Assembly (NCBI RefSeq): GCF_040217515.1
Contig: NZ_JAVJPT010000005.1
Span: forward strand, 30,576-94,575
Length of the DNA stretch: 64,000 nt
Source of the DNA: Erythrobacter sp.
Lineage (GTDB): Bacteria; Pseudomonadota; Alphaproteobacteria; Sphingomonadales; Sphingomonadaceae
Reading direction: 5' to 3'
A program made the position numbers and the translations under genes. Numbering within the stretch: position 1 is the first letter of the stretch; every line of letters starts with the position of its first letter. Positions 46,027 through 56,831 of the stretch are shown in pieces. The notes below the pieces were generated by a model. It was not told the origin of the DNA and did no database searches. It saw only the letters and a program-made list of their open reading frames with translations.

Positions 46027-46670
46027 GGTGTCTCCCTTTGCGGGTTGTCGCTCTGGTTGTCGGGGTGCGCGCGTCGGAACGGTTCGAGCGCGAGACAGGC
46101 CGCCTCGATCCGGGTCATGCGGGGGCTGGCGGACAGGTCGTAGTCGAACCGGCGCGCGTTGTAGAGCTGCGGGACAAGCACGGTCTCGAAAAGGCCGGGC
46201 GCATCGAACAGGAAATCGCCGGTGGCAAGCTGTTCGAGCCGTCGCTCGAGCGGGAGCAGAGTGCGCGCGAGCCAGTGGCGATACCACTCCCCGATCTCGC
46301 CTTGCGACTTGCCGAATTCCTCCTTGAGGTATTTGAGCACCGGCAGGTTCAGCGGCGCGTGCAGTTCGGTCGCGATCGCATAGGCCAGTTCGCGCGCGGT
46401 GTAACGCTCCTCGATATCAGCGGGCAGCAGCGGCTTTTCGGGATAGGCTTCGTCGAGCCATTCGATCAGCGCCATCGACTGCGCGCGGTCACGCCCGTCC
46501 GCCTCCAGCATCGGAACCGAACCGAAAGGGTTGCGGCTGGTAAAAGCCGCGCCCTTCTGCGCGCTTTCGAGAAGGTTTACCGGCACGTTCTCATAAGCGA
46601 GCGCTTTCAGTTCGAGCGCGATGCGCAGGCGATAGCTGGTCGAGCTGCGGTAGTAACCGTGGAGCTTCAT
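46023..46670 (-). CDS. maiA: Maleylacetoacetate isomerase (GST zeta)
   Basis: MKLHGYYRSSTSYRLRIALELK...NPFGSVPML is a zeta-class GST signature. Confidence 0.88.
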   Translation of the reverse strand: MKLHGYYRSSTSYRLRIALELKALAYENVPVNLLESAQKGAAFTSRNPFGSVPMLEADGRDRAQSMALIEWLDEAYPEKPLLPADIEERYTARELAYAIATELHAPLNLPVLKYLKEEFGKSQGEIGEWYRHWLARTLLPLERRLEQLATGDFLFDAPGLFETVLVPQLYNARRFDYDLSASPRMTRIEAACLALEPFRRAHPDNQSDNPQRETP

Positions 46671-46680
46671 GCCGCCCGGA

Positions 46681-47910
46681 TCAGGCAAAGGCCGGGATGC
46701 CCGTGATCGCCCGGCCGAGGATCAGCGCGTGGACATCATGCGTGCCCTCATAGGTATTGACCGTCTCGAGATTCACCGCGTGGCGGATCACCTGATATTC
46801 TTCCGAAATGCCGTTGCCGCCATGCATGTCGCGCGCCATCCGCGCGATGTCGAGCGCCTTGCCGACATTGTTGCGCTTGACGATCGATATCATGTCCGGG
46901 CTGAAGCGGTGCTCGTCCATCAGTCGCCCGACGCGCAAGGACGCCTGAAGGCCCAGCGCGATATCGCTCATCATGTCGGCGAGCTTCTTCTGGAACAGCT
47001 GCGTCGCGGCCAGCGGTCGGCCGAACTGGTGCCGGTCGAGGCCATACTGACGGGCGGCGTGGAGGCAGAATTCTGCCGCTCCAAGCGCGCCCCACGAAAT
47101 GCCGTAGCGCGCGCGGTTGAGGCAGCCGAACGGGCCCTTGAGCCCTTCGACATTGGGAAGAAGTCCATCGGCGGGCAGCTTCACTTCGTCCATCACGATC
47201 ATGCCGGTGGTCGAGGCGCGCAGGGAAATCTTGCCTTCGATCTTGGGCGCAGAGAGGCCCTCCATGCCTTTCTCGAGGACGAAGCCGCGGATCGCACCGC
47301 CATGCTCTTCTGATTTGGCCCAGACGACGAAGACATCGGCAAACGGCGAGTTCGAAATCCAGGTCTTCGAGCCGGAGATCACGTAGCCATCGCCGTTTTT
47401 CCTGGCGAGTGTCTTCATGCCCGCCGGGTCCGAGCCCGCATCGGGTTCGGTCAGGCCGAAACAGCCGATCAGCTCGCCGCTGGCAAGGCCGGGGAGGTAC
47501 TTGCGGCGCTGCTCTTCCGAGCCGTAGGCATAGATCGGGTGCATCACGAGGCTCGACTGCACGCTCGCCATCGAGCGATAACCGCTGTCCACGCGCTCGG
47601 TTTCGCGCGCGATCAGGCCATAGGCGACATAGGAGGCGCCCGCGCCGCCATATTCCTGAGGGATGGTTGCTCCGAGGAGCCCCGCTTCGCCCATCATCGG
47701 AAAGAGTTCGGGTGCATCCACTTCATTGCGGAACGCCTCGATCACGCGCGGCTGCAATTGCCCCTGCGCAAAGCCCTCTGCCGCATCGCGGATCATCCGC
47801 TCTTCCTCGGTCAACTGGCTTTCGAGGTCGAACGGGTCCTCCCAGTTGAAGGGGACGATGCCGCTTGCGGGTTTCGCAGGTGCCTGTTTATCGGGGGCGG
47901 GGCCGTGCAT
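46681..47910 (-). CDS. gcdH: Glutaryl-CoA dehydrogenase-like acyl-CoA dehydrogenase
   Basis: [21 protein letters not shown] and [18 protein letters not shown] are typical of GcdH. AGGAG Shine-Dalgarno before the ATG at 47910. Confidence 0.88.
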   Translation of the reverse strand: MHGPAPDKQAPAKPASGIVPFNWEDPFDLESQLTEEERMIRDAAEGFAQGQLQPRVIEAFRNEVDAPELFPMMGEAGLLGATIPQEYGGAGASYVAYGLIARETERVDSGYRSMASVQSSLVMHPIYAYGSEEQRRKYLPGLASGELIGCFGLTEPDAGSDPAGMKTLARKNGDGYVISGSKTWISNSPFADVFVVWAKSEEHGGAIRGFVLEKGMEGLSAPKIEGKISLRASTTGMIVMDEVKLPADGLLPNVEGLKGPFGCLNRARYGISWGALGAAEFCLHAARQYGLDRHQFGRPLAATQLFQKKLADMMSDIALGLQASLRVGRLMDEHRFSPDMISIVKRNNVGKALDIARMARDMHGGNGISEEYQVIRHAVNLETVNTYEGTHDVHALILGRAITGIPAFA

Positions 47911-47997
47911 CTGGTTGCTCCTGAAACTTTTTCGCTTCTCTTGCAGGTGTCGCGGCCCGTCGCAAGTGCGCGCTCTCGACGCGCCCGTGCGCACCGC

Positions 47998-48327
47998 TCA
48001 ACGCCGTGAGGGATAGATTCCCGCGACCACTACGCAGTACCGGATCGCCTCGCCCTGGGCCGGCTTGAGGCGCTCTGTCAGGTCAGGCAGTGCAAAGGTT
48101 TTCCGCCCATCGCCGCCATACTTCGTGCCGAGCAGCGAAAAAAGCGCGGTGTTTTGCGAGATCGCAAGCAGCCGTCCGTCGGCGGGCAGTGTGCCGCTTG
48201 GGCAAAAATTGCCCGCGACCGTGATGACCTGGCCGATATAGTATTCCTGCGCGCTGGCGGGCACCGCGGGCAGGGTGGATGCTGCAAAAGCGATCGCGCC
48301 GGTGAAAGCGGTGAGTGCCTTGTTCAT
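47998..48327 (-). CDS. Secreted phage-tail-collar-domain protein (109 aa)
   Basis: Signal peptide, then IGQVITVAGNFCPSGTLPADGRLLAISQNTALFSLLGTKYGGDGRKTFALPDL, the tail-collar/MdpB motif. GAGGA Shine-Dalgarno. Confidence 0.75.
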   Translation of the reverse strand: MNKALTAFTGAIAFAASTLPAVPASAQEYYIGQVITVAGNFCPSGTLPADGRLLAISQNTALFSLLGTKYGGDGRKTFALPDLTERLKPAQGEAIRYCVVVAGIYPSRR

Positions 48328-48401
48328 GTCATTTTCCTCATGATCGGACCGGATCACTGGCGCGATCGAGAGGAAAGATCAATCGCTCGATGCGCCTTTC
48401 C

Positions 48402-48761
48402 TCAGGCGGCGGCGCCGAGCGCGTCGTTTACGGCCTCGATCACGTCTGCGGGCGGGCAGGGTTTTTCGAGAGTGCGCGCACCTGGGAAGCGGTTGGCGAT
48501 TTCCTCGCGCGTGTGCAGCCCGGAATGGAAGATGATCGGCACGCCCTGTTCGGCGAGCTTGTCGGCGAATTCGAAAACCATACCGTCGTTCAGCTGGACG
48601 TCGAGAATGGCAAGGTCGGGTCGTTCCTTCTGGAAAGCGAACATTGCCGTAGAGATCCCGGCATGGGGACCTTCCACGCGGTAGCCCGCTTCCTCGACCG
48701 TGTCGCGCAGGTCGAAGGCGACGATCATCTCGTCTTCGGCGACGAGAATGCTCTGCGTCAT
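48402..48761 (-). CDS. Single-domain response regulator (CheY-like)
   Basis: ILVAEDE...DLAILDVQL... receiver-domain acidic pocket and phospho-Asp. No output domain. Confidence 0.85.
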   Translation of the reverse strand: MTQSILVAEDEMIVAFDLRDTVEEAGYRVEGPHAGISTAMFAFQKERPDLAILDVQLNDGMVFEFADKLAEQGVPIIFHSGLHTREEIANRFPGARTLEKPCPPADVIEAVNDALGAAA

Positions 48762-48847
48762 GGGTTATCCTCCTATTATCGCGTGCGAGTGTAACACGGA
48801 TCGCTCCGCGATGCAGGAGGGAGGCAATACGGAGGCTTTCGCGCCGG

Positions 48848-49462
48848 TCAGGCACCGCGTCCGAATTTGGCTTCGAAGGCGTCCTTGTCCCCTGAAACCA
48901 GCAGCTTGGCCTGTTCGACCCATTGGTCGCGGCGAATGCGGCCCTTGAACCGGCCGAGCTGCGAATCGATCCGGTCGATCTCGGCCTCGTCCCAGGCGGC
49001 GATCTGGTCGAATCGCGTGATTCCAAGCTCATTGAGCAAGCCCACGAGCTTTGGACCGACGCCCTTGATCCGCGAGAGGTCGTCGACTTCGACGCCTTGG
49101 GGGGTAGGGGCGGGGGACGAGACGTCCTGCGGTCGGGCCTCGGGTACCGGTTCGCCGACGGTCGGCGCGACGCTCACTCCGGCTTCGGCATCGGCGCTTT
49201 CGCCGGCGGTCGCGATCGCGTGGGCATTGGCGCTCGCCGACGTTTCGCCGAGCGTTTTCTCGACGGCGCGCGGGGAACTGATCAGGGCCTCGTTGCGGCG
49301 GGGCTTGCCTGTATCCTCGCCGGGCACTTCGCCCTGTCCGCGGTCATCGGAGCCGACCACCCTGGTTTTCTTGTTGGCGCGCATGAACAGCATGATCGCG
49401 ATGACAAGGAAAACGAGGCCGATCAGGATCAGCGGCAGGGCGGAGGCAAAGCTATCGGACAT
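48848..49462 (-). CDS. Membrane-anchored protein with C-terminal helix-hairpin-helix-like domain
   Basis: N-terminal TM (LPLILIGLVFLVIAIMLF), a disordered linker, and C-terminal DDLSRIKGVGPKLVGLLNELGITRFDQIAAW. Confidence 0.6.
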   Translation of the reverse strand: MSDSFASALPLILIGLVFLVIAIMLFMRANKKTRVVGSDDRGQGEVPGEDTGKPRRNEALISSPRAVEKTLGETSASANAHAIATAGESADAEAGVSVAPTVGEPVPEARPQDVSSPAPTPQGVEVDDLSRIKGVGPKLVGLLNELGITRFDQIAAWDEAEIDRIDSQLGRFKGRIRRDQWVEQAKLLVSGDKDAFEAKFGRGA

Positions 49463-49590
49463 GGGGGGTGTTCTTTCCTTCTCGCGCGGCGGAATCGCCT
49501 TTCACGGAAGCCCTTAGCAGCGCTTGCCTCTCCTGCCCAAGGGGGGCGGTGCAAGCCCGCTTGCGCCGCAGTCAAGCGCAGCTAGCGCCC

Positions 49591-51285
49591 TCAGCCGCCC
49601 TTCATAGCATCGGCGAGCTCGGTCAGCTTGAGGAATTCCTGCCGCCAGTAATCGTCCTGTTCACCGGCCAGCGCGCGCGTATCGGCGAAAGAAAAGCCGT
49701 TCATCAGCGTGTCGCCCCGCAGCAACTGGCCGAACGCCGCGACCGAGGAAGCGAAGGCGAAATCGCCCGACGGCGCGCGGGCCGAGCGGAAGGCGTCGCT
49801 CATCACCACAGCGTCGATGAGCCTGGAGGTGTCGCCATCCGGCAGCTTGTAGCGCAGCTTGACGTGCGCGGCCTCGGCCATGCGCAGCTTCGCCTCGCTC
49901 GCCGGGCGGTCTTCATAGCGTCGGGGTGCGATCCACCCTTTCGCGCCCGTCGGCACGACTTCGTAGATTGCGGTAACCTGGTGCCCCGCGCCGATATCGC
50001 CCGCATCCACGCGATCATTGTCGAAGTCCTCTTCGCGCAGGATACGGTTTTCGTAGCCCACGAGGCGATACTGGCTGATCACGGCGGGATTGAATTCGAC
50101 CTGGATCTTGACGTCCTTGGCGATGGTGAAAAGCGTCGAGGTCATCTCGTCGCCGAGCACCTTCCTCGCCTCCAGCGCGTTGTCGATATAGGCGTAGTTG
50201 CCGTTCCCGTGATTGGCGATCTGCTCCATCAACGCCTCGTTGTAATTGCCTGTGCCGAAGCCGAGCGTCGTCAGCGTGATCCCGGAATCGCGCTTCGCCT
50301 CGATCATCTCGACAAGCGCCTCGCGGTTCGAGATACCGACATTGAAATCGCCGTCAGTGGCGAGGATCACGCGATTGACGCCCCCTTCGATGAAATTGTC
50401 TTCGGCCAGGTTGTAGGCGAGTTGCAGACCTGCACCGCCCGCGGTCGAGCCGCCTGCCGAGAGGCTGTCCAGCGCGCGCCGGATCTTCGCCGTGTCATTG
50501 GTCGGCTCGAGCACTAGCCCTGCCGCGCCCGCATAGACGACGATAGAGACGCGGTCGTCCTCGCCGAGCTCTCCAGCTAGCCCCGACAATGCCGTTTTCA
50601 CCAAGGGTAGCTTGTCGGGCCGGTTCATCGAGCCCGAGACATCCATCAGGAAGACGAGATTGGCGGCCGGGCGTTCGTCGCGGGCGATATCGTAGCCGCG
50701 AAGGCCGATCCGCATGAGGTAGGTGTCCTCATTCCATGGCGTGCGCGCGACATCGGTAGTGACGCTGAAAGGCACCTCGCGGCTTTCGGGACGCGGATAG
50801 TCGTAACGGAAATAATTGATCATCTCCTCGGTCCGCACCGCCGCCTTGGGCGGCATCATGCCGGTGGTGAGGAAGCGCCGCGCATTGGCATAGGCGCCAG
50901 TATCGACATCGACAGAGAAGGTAGAGACCGGCTCTGTGCCCACCAGCCTGACTGGAGAGACTTCCTCGCCTTCGTACTGCTCGCGCCCCGGATCGGTCGC
51001 GACTCGCACCGGCGGCACATAGGTCGCATCCGGATTGGACCTGAGCGCTCCGGTCCGGTTTCGCGAGCCGGTGACCGTGACCAATTCCTGTGCCGCGATG
51101 GGCGGGGACGGCGGCGGCGGAGGAGGAGGGGGAGGAGGGGGAGGAGGAGGCGGTGGCGGAGCGCCTTCGGCCGTCCGGTCGGCAGCGCTGTCACCGGTGC
51201 TCGCGATCTCGCCACCCTGATTTGCGGCACAGCCCGCGAGTGCAGTCGCCAGAACAAACGCGCCCGTCAGCTTCGCGTATTTCAT
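49591..51285 (-). CDS. von Willebrand factor type A (VWA) domain lipoprotein (YfbK-like)
   Basis: Lipobox LAGC. MIDAS motif in LVFLMDVSGSM. A poly-Pro tract near the N-terminus. Confidence 0.85.
   Translation of the reverse strand: MKYAKLTGAFVLATALAGCAANQGGEIASTGDSAADRTAEGAPPPPPPPPPPPPPPPPPSPPIAAQELVTVTGSRNRTGALRSNPDATYVPPVRVATDPGREQYEGEEVSPVRLVGTEPVSTFSVDVDTGAYANARRFLTTGMMPPKAAVRTEEMINYFRYDYPRPESREVPFSVTTDVARTPWNEDTYLMRIGLRGYDIARDERPAANLVFLMDVSGSMNRPDKLPLVKTALSGLAGELGEDDRVSIVVYAGAAGLVLEPTNDTAKIRRALDSLSAGGSTAGGAGLQLAYNLAEDNFIEGGVNRVILATDGDFNVGISNREALVEMIEAKRDSGITLTTLGFGTGNYNEALMEQIANHGNGNYAYIDNALEARKVLGDEMTSTLFTIAKDVKIQVEFNPAVISQYRLVGYENRILREEDFDNDRVDAGDIGAGHQVTAIYEVVPTGAKGWIAPRRYEDRPASEAKLRMAEAAHVKLRYKLPDGDTSRLIDAVVMSDAFRSARAPSGDFAFASSVAAFGQLLRGDTLMNGFSFADTRALAGEQDDYWRQEFLKLTELADAMKGG
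51101..51160 (-). repeat. Poly-proline-encoding G-rich (plus-strand) low-complexity tract inside the VWA gene
   Basis: ggcggggacggcggcggcggaggaggagggggaggagggggaggaggaggcggtggcgga encodes PPPPPPPPPPPPPPPPPPSPP on the minus strand. Confidence 0.9.
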
Positions 51286-51426
51286 CGAGAAAATCTCCCC
51301 GTCTCCAATTCCGGCCCACATGAGGCCGCCAGGGCCGTGAATAGTGACTGAACGCGTCGTCAGCGAGGCTCGTCTCGCACGGCGTAGCGGGGATATCGCG
51401 GCGCGCCGTCAGGCCGCTTCGCCTTC

Positions 51427-52962
51427 TCACGCAGGGGTCGCGTTACGGCGAAAGATCACCTTGTCTTCTTCGTCGAAACCGCGCTTCCAGACCACGAAAC
51501 CGTAGACGGCGAGAATCGCCGGGATGCCGAAGACGAGCTCGGTCCATTCAGGCAGCAGGGTGAAGGCGAACCCTACCACTACCGCAGGCGCTGCGGCATG
51601 AACGAGTGCCCAACGCCAGTTCGTTACGGGCGCCTTGAGAAGCCTTTTGAGCACTATCGCTTTCACGAGGCTGGACGTGGCGAGCGCCAGCACAAGAGCC
51701 AGCGCCGCGCCTGCCGCCTTGAAGCCTTCGTCGAGTCCGAGTGCATTTGCCGCGAGAATGAAACCGATCGTCAGCGCGGCCTGCAGGCCGATCACAGCGA
51801 TCGATATGGCGAGATTGCGCTTCTTTGCGATATAGACCAGCACGCTTTCGGAGACGACCGCCATAGAGGCGGCCACCTCTGCGGCGAGGAGCAGCGCCAG
51901 CGCGCCCGTACCCCCGACGATGGCTGGCCCGCCAAGCCCCATCACCGCTTCGCCCGGAATACCGAGCGCCAGCGCGATTCCCACCTGTAGCGCGATGATC
52001 CAGAACCCCACCTGCCGCACCTGGGCCGCGATGGCGACGTAATTTCCGGTCTTCAGGTTCTTGGTGATGACGGGTGAGAGGATCGGCTCGAAACTCGTTT
52101 TCAGCTTTTGCGGCAGGCTCGCGATCTGTTGGGCGAAGAAGTAGATGCCGACGGCGGCCGAGGATGTGAACAGGCCAAGCAGGAAGACATCGAGCAGCCG
52201 CGTGCCGCGCTCGATCACATCCGCGCCTACCAGCGGCAAGGCGCGGCTCGTCATCTTGGCGAGATAGCGCGGCCGCGGCCGCCAGCCATTCGGCAAACCA
52301 TAGGTGCGCAGGAACGACCATAGCGCCGTGGCGAGCGCGGCATAGATCGAGGCAAGGAAGGCCATAGCCAGTCCCGCCTCGCTGATCGCGGCGACATAGA
52401 AGAAACCGACCGCCGCGAGTGATCGGGTCCAAGGCTCGACGATCGCCCGGGCGCGCACCGTGGTCGCGATGTCGTATTTGTATGCCTGTGCCGCGAGCAG
52501 GATCTCGGTCAGCGCGAAAGCGGGAATTGCGGCGATCATCCAGATATCGAGCGCGCTGTTCGTGCCGTTGGGAAACATCACCTCCGGGAACAGCAACAGC
52601 ACGCCGCAGATCACTGCCGAGACCAGCAGCGAGGCGAACATCCCGTCGAACACCAGATTGACCGCGCTCACCCCTTCCTCGTCCGCACCCTCGCTCAGCC
52701 GCTGGGCGAGGCCGCGCTTTTCGCCCAATGCGCAGACCAGCGCGACGATCTCGACAATGACGAAGGCCGAGGCGAAGCGCCCCATGTCTTCGACCCCGTA
52801 AAGGCGGTATCCCAAGAACAGGAACGGGATGCCGCCAAGCGCGCGGATCACGAAGCCCAGCGTGTTGGTCCGGCCGCCCTTGGCGAGCGTGGCAAGATCG
52901 TCGGTTCCCGTTACGTCGGGAGTCGCCGAGGATGCGCGTCGAACGGGGGGCGTGTCGCTCAC
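51427..52962 (-). CDS. MOP-superfamily polysaccharide/oligosaccharide flippase (Wzx-like)
   Basis: About 12-14 TM segments. GTG start at 52962 overlaps the gpsA TAG by 1 nt (TAGTG). The longer ORF-track N-terminus would overlap gpsA and is Arg-rich. Confidence 0.7.
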   Translation of the reverse strand: MSDTPPVRRASSATPDVTGTDDLATLAKGGRTNTLGFVIRALGGIPFLFLGYRLYGVEDMGRFASAFVIVEIVALVCALGEKRGLAQRLSEGADEEGVSAVNLVFDGMFASLLVSAVICGVLLLFPEVMFPNGTNSALDIWMIAAIPAFALTEILLAAQAYKYDIATTVRARAIVEPWTRSLAAVGFFYVAAISEAGLAMAFLASIYAALATALWSFLRTYGLPNGWRPRPRYLAKMTSRALPLVGADVIERGTRLLDVFLLGLFTSSAAVGIYFFAQQIASLPQKLKTSFEPILSPVITKNLKTGNYVAIAAQVRQVGFWIIALQVGIALALGIPGEAVMGLGGPAIVGGTGALALLLAAEVAASMAVVSESVLVYIAKKRNLAISIAVIGLQAALTIGFILAANALGLDEGFKAAGAALALVLALATSSLVKAIVLKRLLKAPVTNWRWALVHAAAPAVVVGFAFTLLPEWTELVFGIPAILAVYGFVVWKRGFDEEDKVIFRRNATPA

Positions 52963-53960
52963 TACCCGTGTTCCCGTTCGGACTTGAGCGGGCGGGCGAG
53001 CAGCTGCGCCACGATATCGCGCGGCGGTTCGCCATCGAGTATAGCGTTGACTGCGGCGACGATCGGCATGGCGATGCCTTGAACTTCGGCCAGGCCCGCT
53101 AGCACCGGGGCGGTGAAGGCCCCTTCCGCCACCGTGGTGCGGTCGGACATCAGATCTGCGGCACTCTGCCCTTCGCCAAGCGCCATGCCGAGCGAGAAAT
53201 TGCGGCTTGAGGTCGAGGAACAGGTAAGCACGAGGTCGCCGAGGCCGCACAGGCCCGCAAGCGTTTCGGGCCGCGCGCCAAGCGCCTCGCCGAAGCGCAG
53301 CATCTCGGCATAGCCCCGCGCGATCAGCGCCGCGCGCGCATTCTGACCGAGGCCCAGCCCGTCGACGAGGCCGCAGGCGATGGCGAGCACGTTCTTGATC
53401 GCCCCGCCGATTTCCGCGCCAGTCACGTCATCGGAGTAATAGGGTCGGAAGGTCGGCCTGGCGATGGCGGGCATAAGCCGTTTCCATTGCTTCTCGCCCG
53501 CCGAACAGGCGAGCGTCACGGCGGTCGGCAGCCCGGCGGCGACCTCGTTCGCGAAGGTCGGGCCGGAAAGGACGGCGATCCGGCTCTGGGGGCAGGCTTC
53601 GCGGGCGACGTCGTTCATCAGCCGGCCGCTGCCCGCCTCGATCCCCTTCGAACACAGGACGAGATCGCGCGGGTCCTCGGACAGAGAGCCGAGCACTGTG
53701 CCGAGGACCTGTGCCGGCGTCACGGCAAGGACGATCCCGACCCCCGAAAGGTCCGCGAGATTGCCGGTCGCGCGGATGCCGGGAGAGAGCTCGACGCCCT
53801 TCAGGAACATGGGATTGGCGCGGCTTTCGTTGATCGCCGCGACCACTTCGCTCTCGTAGGCCCAGATCAGGACGTCGCGTCCGTCGCTTGCGACCAGCTG
53901 GGCGAGCGCGGTGCCCCATGCGCCCGCACCGATCACCGCGATATCGGGTTTGGCGCTCAC
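52962..53960 (-). CDS. gpsA: NAD(P)H-dependent glycerol-3-phosphate dehydrogenase
   Basis: [14 protein letters not shown] Rossmann motif and [12 protein letters not shown]. 332 aa. Confidence 0.95.
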   Translation of the reverse strand: MSAKPDIAVIGAGAWGTALAQLVASDGRDVLIWAYESEVVAAINESRANPMFLKGVELSPGIRATGNLADLSGVGIVLAVTPAQVLGTVLGSLSEDPRDLVLCSKGIEAGSGRLMNDVAREACPQSRIAVLSGPTFANEVAAGLPTAVTLACSAGEKQWKRLMPAIARPTFRPYYSDDVTGAEIGGAIKNVLAIACGLVDGLGLGQNARAALIARGYAEMLRFGEALGARPETLAGLCGLGDLVLTCSSTSSRNFSLGMALGEGQSAADLMSDRTTVAEGAFTAPVLAGLAEVQGIAMPIVAAVNAILDGEPPRDIVAQLLARPLKSEREHG

Positions 53961-55051
53961 GCTTTCACTCCCGCTCCGCGCACTGCTTCGGCCTGCGGAT
54001 CGAGTGGCCAGCGCGGGCGCGCCTTGATGTCGAGCGGATCGCCTGCGTCCTTGCCATCCCTAGAAAGCCGCTCACAACCGGCCCAGGCGATCATCGCGGC
54101 ATTGTCCGTGCAGAGCGCCAGCGGCGGGGCGACAAAGCGCATCGAATGGCGCGCGGACAGCGCCTCGAGCGCACCGCGCACCGCCTCGTTGGCTGCGACC
54201 CCGCCCGCTACGACGAGCGATGGTATCGCATCTATCCGACCCAATGCGTGTTCAAGCCGGTCGACAAGGCACTCGACAGCGGCTTGCTGAAACGCGGCGG
54301 CAATGTCCTCGGGCGCATGCTCGCCGCTTTCATGGGCGCGCAGGACCGCGCTCTTGAGGCCGGCAAAGGAGAAATGCGGTTCTTTCGAGCCCGCAAGCGG
54401 TCGCGGCAGGCGCAAGGCCTGTGGATCGCCCTCACGCGCGAGGCGCTCGACCGCAGGCCCGCCGGGATAGCCTAACCCGAGGATTTTCGCGGTCTTGTCG
54501 AAGGCTTCGCCCAGCGCATCGTCGATCGTCGTCGCAAGGCGGCGGTAGCGCCCGACCCCCTCGACCGCGAGAATCTGGCAATGCCCGCCCGAGACGAGCA
54601 GCAGGAGATAGGGAAAATCGAGCCCCGGATCGGCAAGACGCGGCGAGAGCGCGTGGCCTTCTAAATGGTTGACCGCCAGCAGCGGCTTGCCCGAGGCCAT
54701 TGCGAGCGCCTTGCCACTGACGAGGCCCACCATCACCCCGCCGATCAGTCCCGGTCCGGCGGTCGCGGCGATCGCGTCCACCTCGGCGAGGTCGAGGCCC
54801 GCATCGGCCAGCACCGCCTCGGTCATGGGCGCGATCCGGTCGGCGTGGGCGCGCGCGGCTATTTCGGGCACGACACCGCCATAGGGCGCGTGCTCGGCCT
54901 GCTGGCTTGCAATGCGCTCGGAAAGTATCGTTCGGTCCGCCGTGACCAGCGCGACCGCCGTCTCGTCGCAGCTCGATTCGATGCCCAGCACGACAGGGCG
55001 CACTACCGGGCGCGCGGGTGGGCGTTTCGCCGTGGTGGAGGCATTGCTCAT
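53957..55051 (-). CDS. tsaD: tRNA N6-adenosine threonylcarbamoyltransferase
   Basis: [39 protein letters not shown]. Confidence 0.95.
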   Translation of the reverse strand: MSNASTTAKRPPARPVVRPVVLGIESSCDETAVALVTADRTILSERIASQQAEHAPYGGVVPEIAARAHADRIAPMTEAVLADAGLDLAEVDAIAATAGPGLIGGVMVGLVSGKALAMASGKPLLAVNHLEGHALSPRLADPGLDFPYLLLLVSGGHCQILAVEGVGRYRRLATTIDDALGEAFDKTAKILGLGYPGGPAVERLAREGDPQALRLPRPLAGSKEPHFSFAGLKSAVLRAHESGEHAPEDIAAAFQQAAVECLVDRLEHALGRIDAIPSLVVAGGVAANEAVRGALEALSARHSMRFVAPPLALCTDNAAMIAWAGCERLSRDGKDAGDPLDIKARPRWPLDPQAEAVRGAGVKA

Positions 55052-55095
55052 GGCACTTTCACTTAAGCCTTGTCGGGGCTAGAGCAAGCGCAGCC

Positions 55096-56061
55096 ATGAG
55101 CCATTCACCGCAAGACAGCGCTTCCAGCCCTTATCGTATCCGCCTCGGCACGCGCGAATCCCCCCTCGCCATGGCCCAGGCCCACGAAACCCGTGCGCGG
55201 CTGTGCGCTGCGCATGGCTGGGACGAAAGCGAGGTCGAGATCGTCCCCGTCGTCGCCAGCGGCGACAAGGTTCTCGACCGTCCGCTCGCCGAGATCGGCG
55301 GCAAGGCCCTCTGGACAAAGGAGCTCGATGCCTGGCTCGGCGAGGGGCGGATCGACGCGGCGGTCCATTCGGCCAAGGATGTCGAGACGATCCGGCCAGA
55401 CGCGTTTCATTTCGCCGCCTTCCTTCCGCGCGCGGACCGGCGCGATTGCATCGTCGGTGCGAAGAGCATTGCTGCGATCCCGAATGGCGCGATCGTCGGC
55501 ACGAGCGCGCCGCGCCGCGCCTCGCAGCTTCTCAACCTGCGCCCCGATTGCCGGGTCGTGACTTTTCGCGGCAATGTCGCGACGCGGCTTGGCAAACTCG
55601 AGGCGGGCGAAGCCGACGTGACCTTCCTTGCTGCCGCCGGGCTAGAGCGGCTCGGGCAAAGCGCGGTCGGCCACGCACTCGAGATCGATGAGTGGGTCCC
55701 GGCCGCCGCACAGGGCGTGATCGCGATCGAATGCCGCGCCGATGCGCCCAAGGTGACGGCCATGCTGGCCGCAATCGACCACGCTTCGACACGCGCGGAA
55801 CTCGAGGCCGAGCGTGCGCTGCTCGCAGCGCTGGGCGGCACCTGCCATTCGCCGGTCGCGGTTTTGTGCGTTGCGCAGAAGGGCAGCGATGACAATATGC
55901 TGGCCATGCGCGCCGTTCTCTTCAGTCCTGACGGAGGCGAACGGGTGGAGGGGACGGCTCGCTTCGCAGCGGGTGATCATGGTGTCGTTGCCGCGCTCGC
56001 CGATGACCTGCTCGCCAGGGCAAGCGGCGCTATCACCGAGCATTTCCGCCCGGGCGAATGA
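55096..56061 (+). CDS. hemC: Hydroxymethylbilane synthase
   Basis: IRLGTRESPLAMAQA, RGNVATRL, and LGGTCHSPVA (cofactor Cys). Confidence 0.95.
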   Translation: MSHSPQDSASSPYRIRLGTRESPLAMAQAHETRARLCAAHGWDESEVEIVPVVASGDKVLDRPLAEIGGKALWTKELDAWLGEGRIDAAVHSAKDVETIRPDAFHFAAFLPRADRRDCIVGAKSIAAIPNGAIVGTSAPRRASQLLNLRPDCRVVTFRGNVATRLGKLEAGEADVTFLAAAGLERLGQSAVGHALEIDEWVPAAAQGVIAIECRADAPKVTAMLAAIDHASTRAELEAERALLAALGGTCHSPVAVLCVAQKGSDDNMLAMRAVLFSPDGGERVEGTARFAAGDHGVVAALADDLLARASGAITEHFRPGE

Positions 56062-56735
56062 TCCGGCAGGTGATCGCCGTGCGGCCCGAACCGGGGCTGG
56101 CCGCCACGCTGACCCGGGCGAGGGAGATGGGAATCGAGGCGGCGGGCGCGCCCCTGTTCGAAGTGCGGCCGCGCGACTGGGCCGCGCCCGATCCCCGCGA
56201 TTTCGATGCCCTGCTGGTCGGTAGCGCCAATGCCTTCGTCCATGGCGGCGGACAGCTTTCCCTCTTCGCCGACAAGCCCGTGCATGTCGTAGGCGGTAAG
56301 ACCGCCGAGGCCGCGCGCGCCGCCGGTTTTGCCGTGGCGACCACGGGCACGGGTGGGTTGCAATCCGTGCTCGGGGCGATCGCACCCCCAGCTAAGCTTC
56401 TGAGGGTCGCAGGAGCGACGCATGTCCCGCTGGAACCGCCCGAAGGTGTTTCGATCCGCACCGTCATCGCCTATGAAAGCGTCGCCCAGCCGCTCGCTGC
56501 GCATCTGGCGGCGTCGCTCGCGCAAGGAGGGCTTGTTCTCCTCCATTCGGGCGAGGCGGCGCGGCATTTCGCCGCCGAATGCGACCGGCTGGAGCTTTTG
56601 CGCAATCGCATCGCACTCGCCGCGCTGGCCCCTCGCATTGCCGAGGCGGCAGGCGAGGATTGGCGTGCGGTCCATGTCGCGAGCGAACCTTCCGATGCTG
56701 CGCTCCTCGATCTGGTGCGCTCGTTGGTGAGATGA
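56058..56735 (+). CDS. hemD: Uroporphyrinogen-III synthase
   Basis: 225 aa, HemD-like (weakly conserved family). ATGA overlap with hemC. Confidence 0.8.
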   Translation: MIRQVIAVRPEPGLAATLTRAREMGIEAAGAPLFEVRPRDWAAPDPRDFDALLVGSANAFVHGGGQLSLFADKPVHVVGGKTAEAARAAGFAVATTGTGGLQSVLGAIAPPAKLLRVAGATHVPLEPPEGVSIRTVIAYESVAQPLAAHLAASLAQGGLVLLHSGEAARHFAAECDRLELLRNRIALAALAPRIAEAAGEDWRAVHVASEPSDAALLDLVRSLVR

Positions 56736-56831
56736 CATATGCGGATCACGGGTGCATAGGATGCATCAAACCTGCGCGGATGTGTAAGCGTCGGGCCGGC
56801 GCAGCGCACCGGGCGCGAGGGATCGGGTAGA

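Noticed and set aside
52963-53250. Long N-terminal extensions offered by the ORF track: 51427..53250, 57795..59870, 45016..46287, 46681..47994, 21877..22728, 34998..36254, 40369..41883.
   Set aside because: The extensions overlap upstream genes or are Arg-rich and low-complexity. Internal starts with good Shine-Dalgarno sequences coincide with the conserved N-termini of the respective families.
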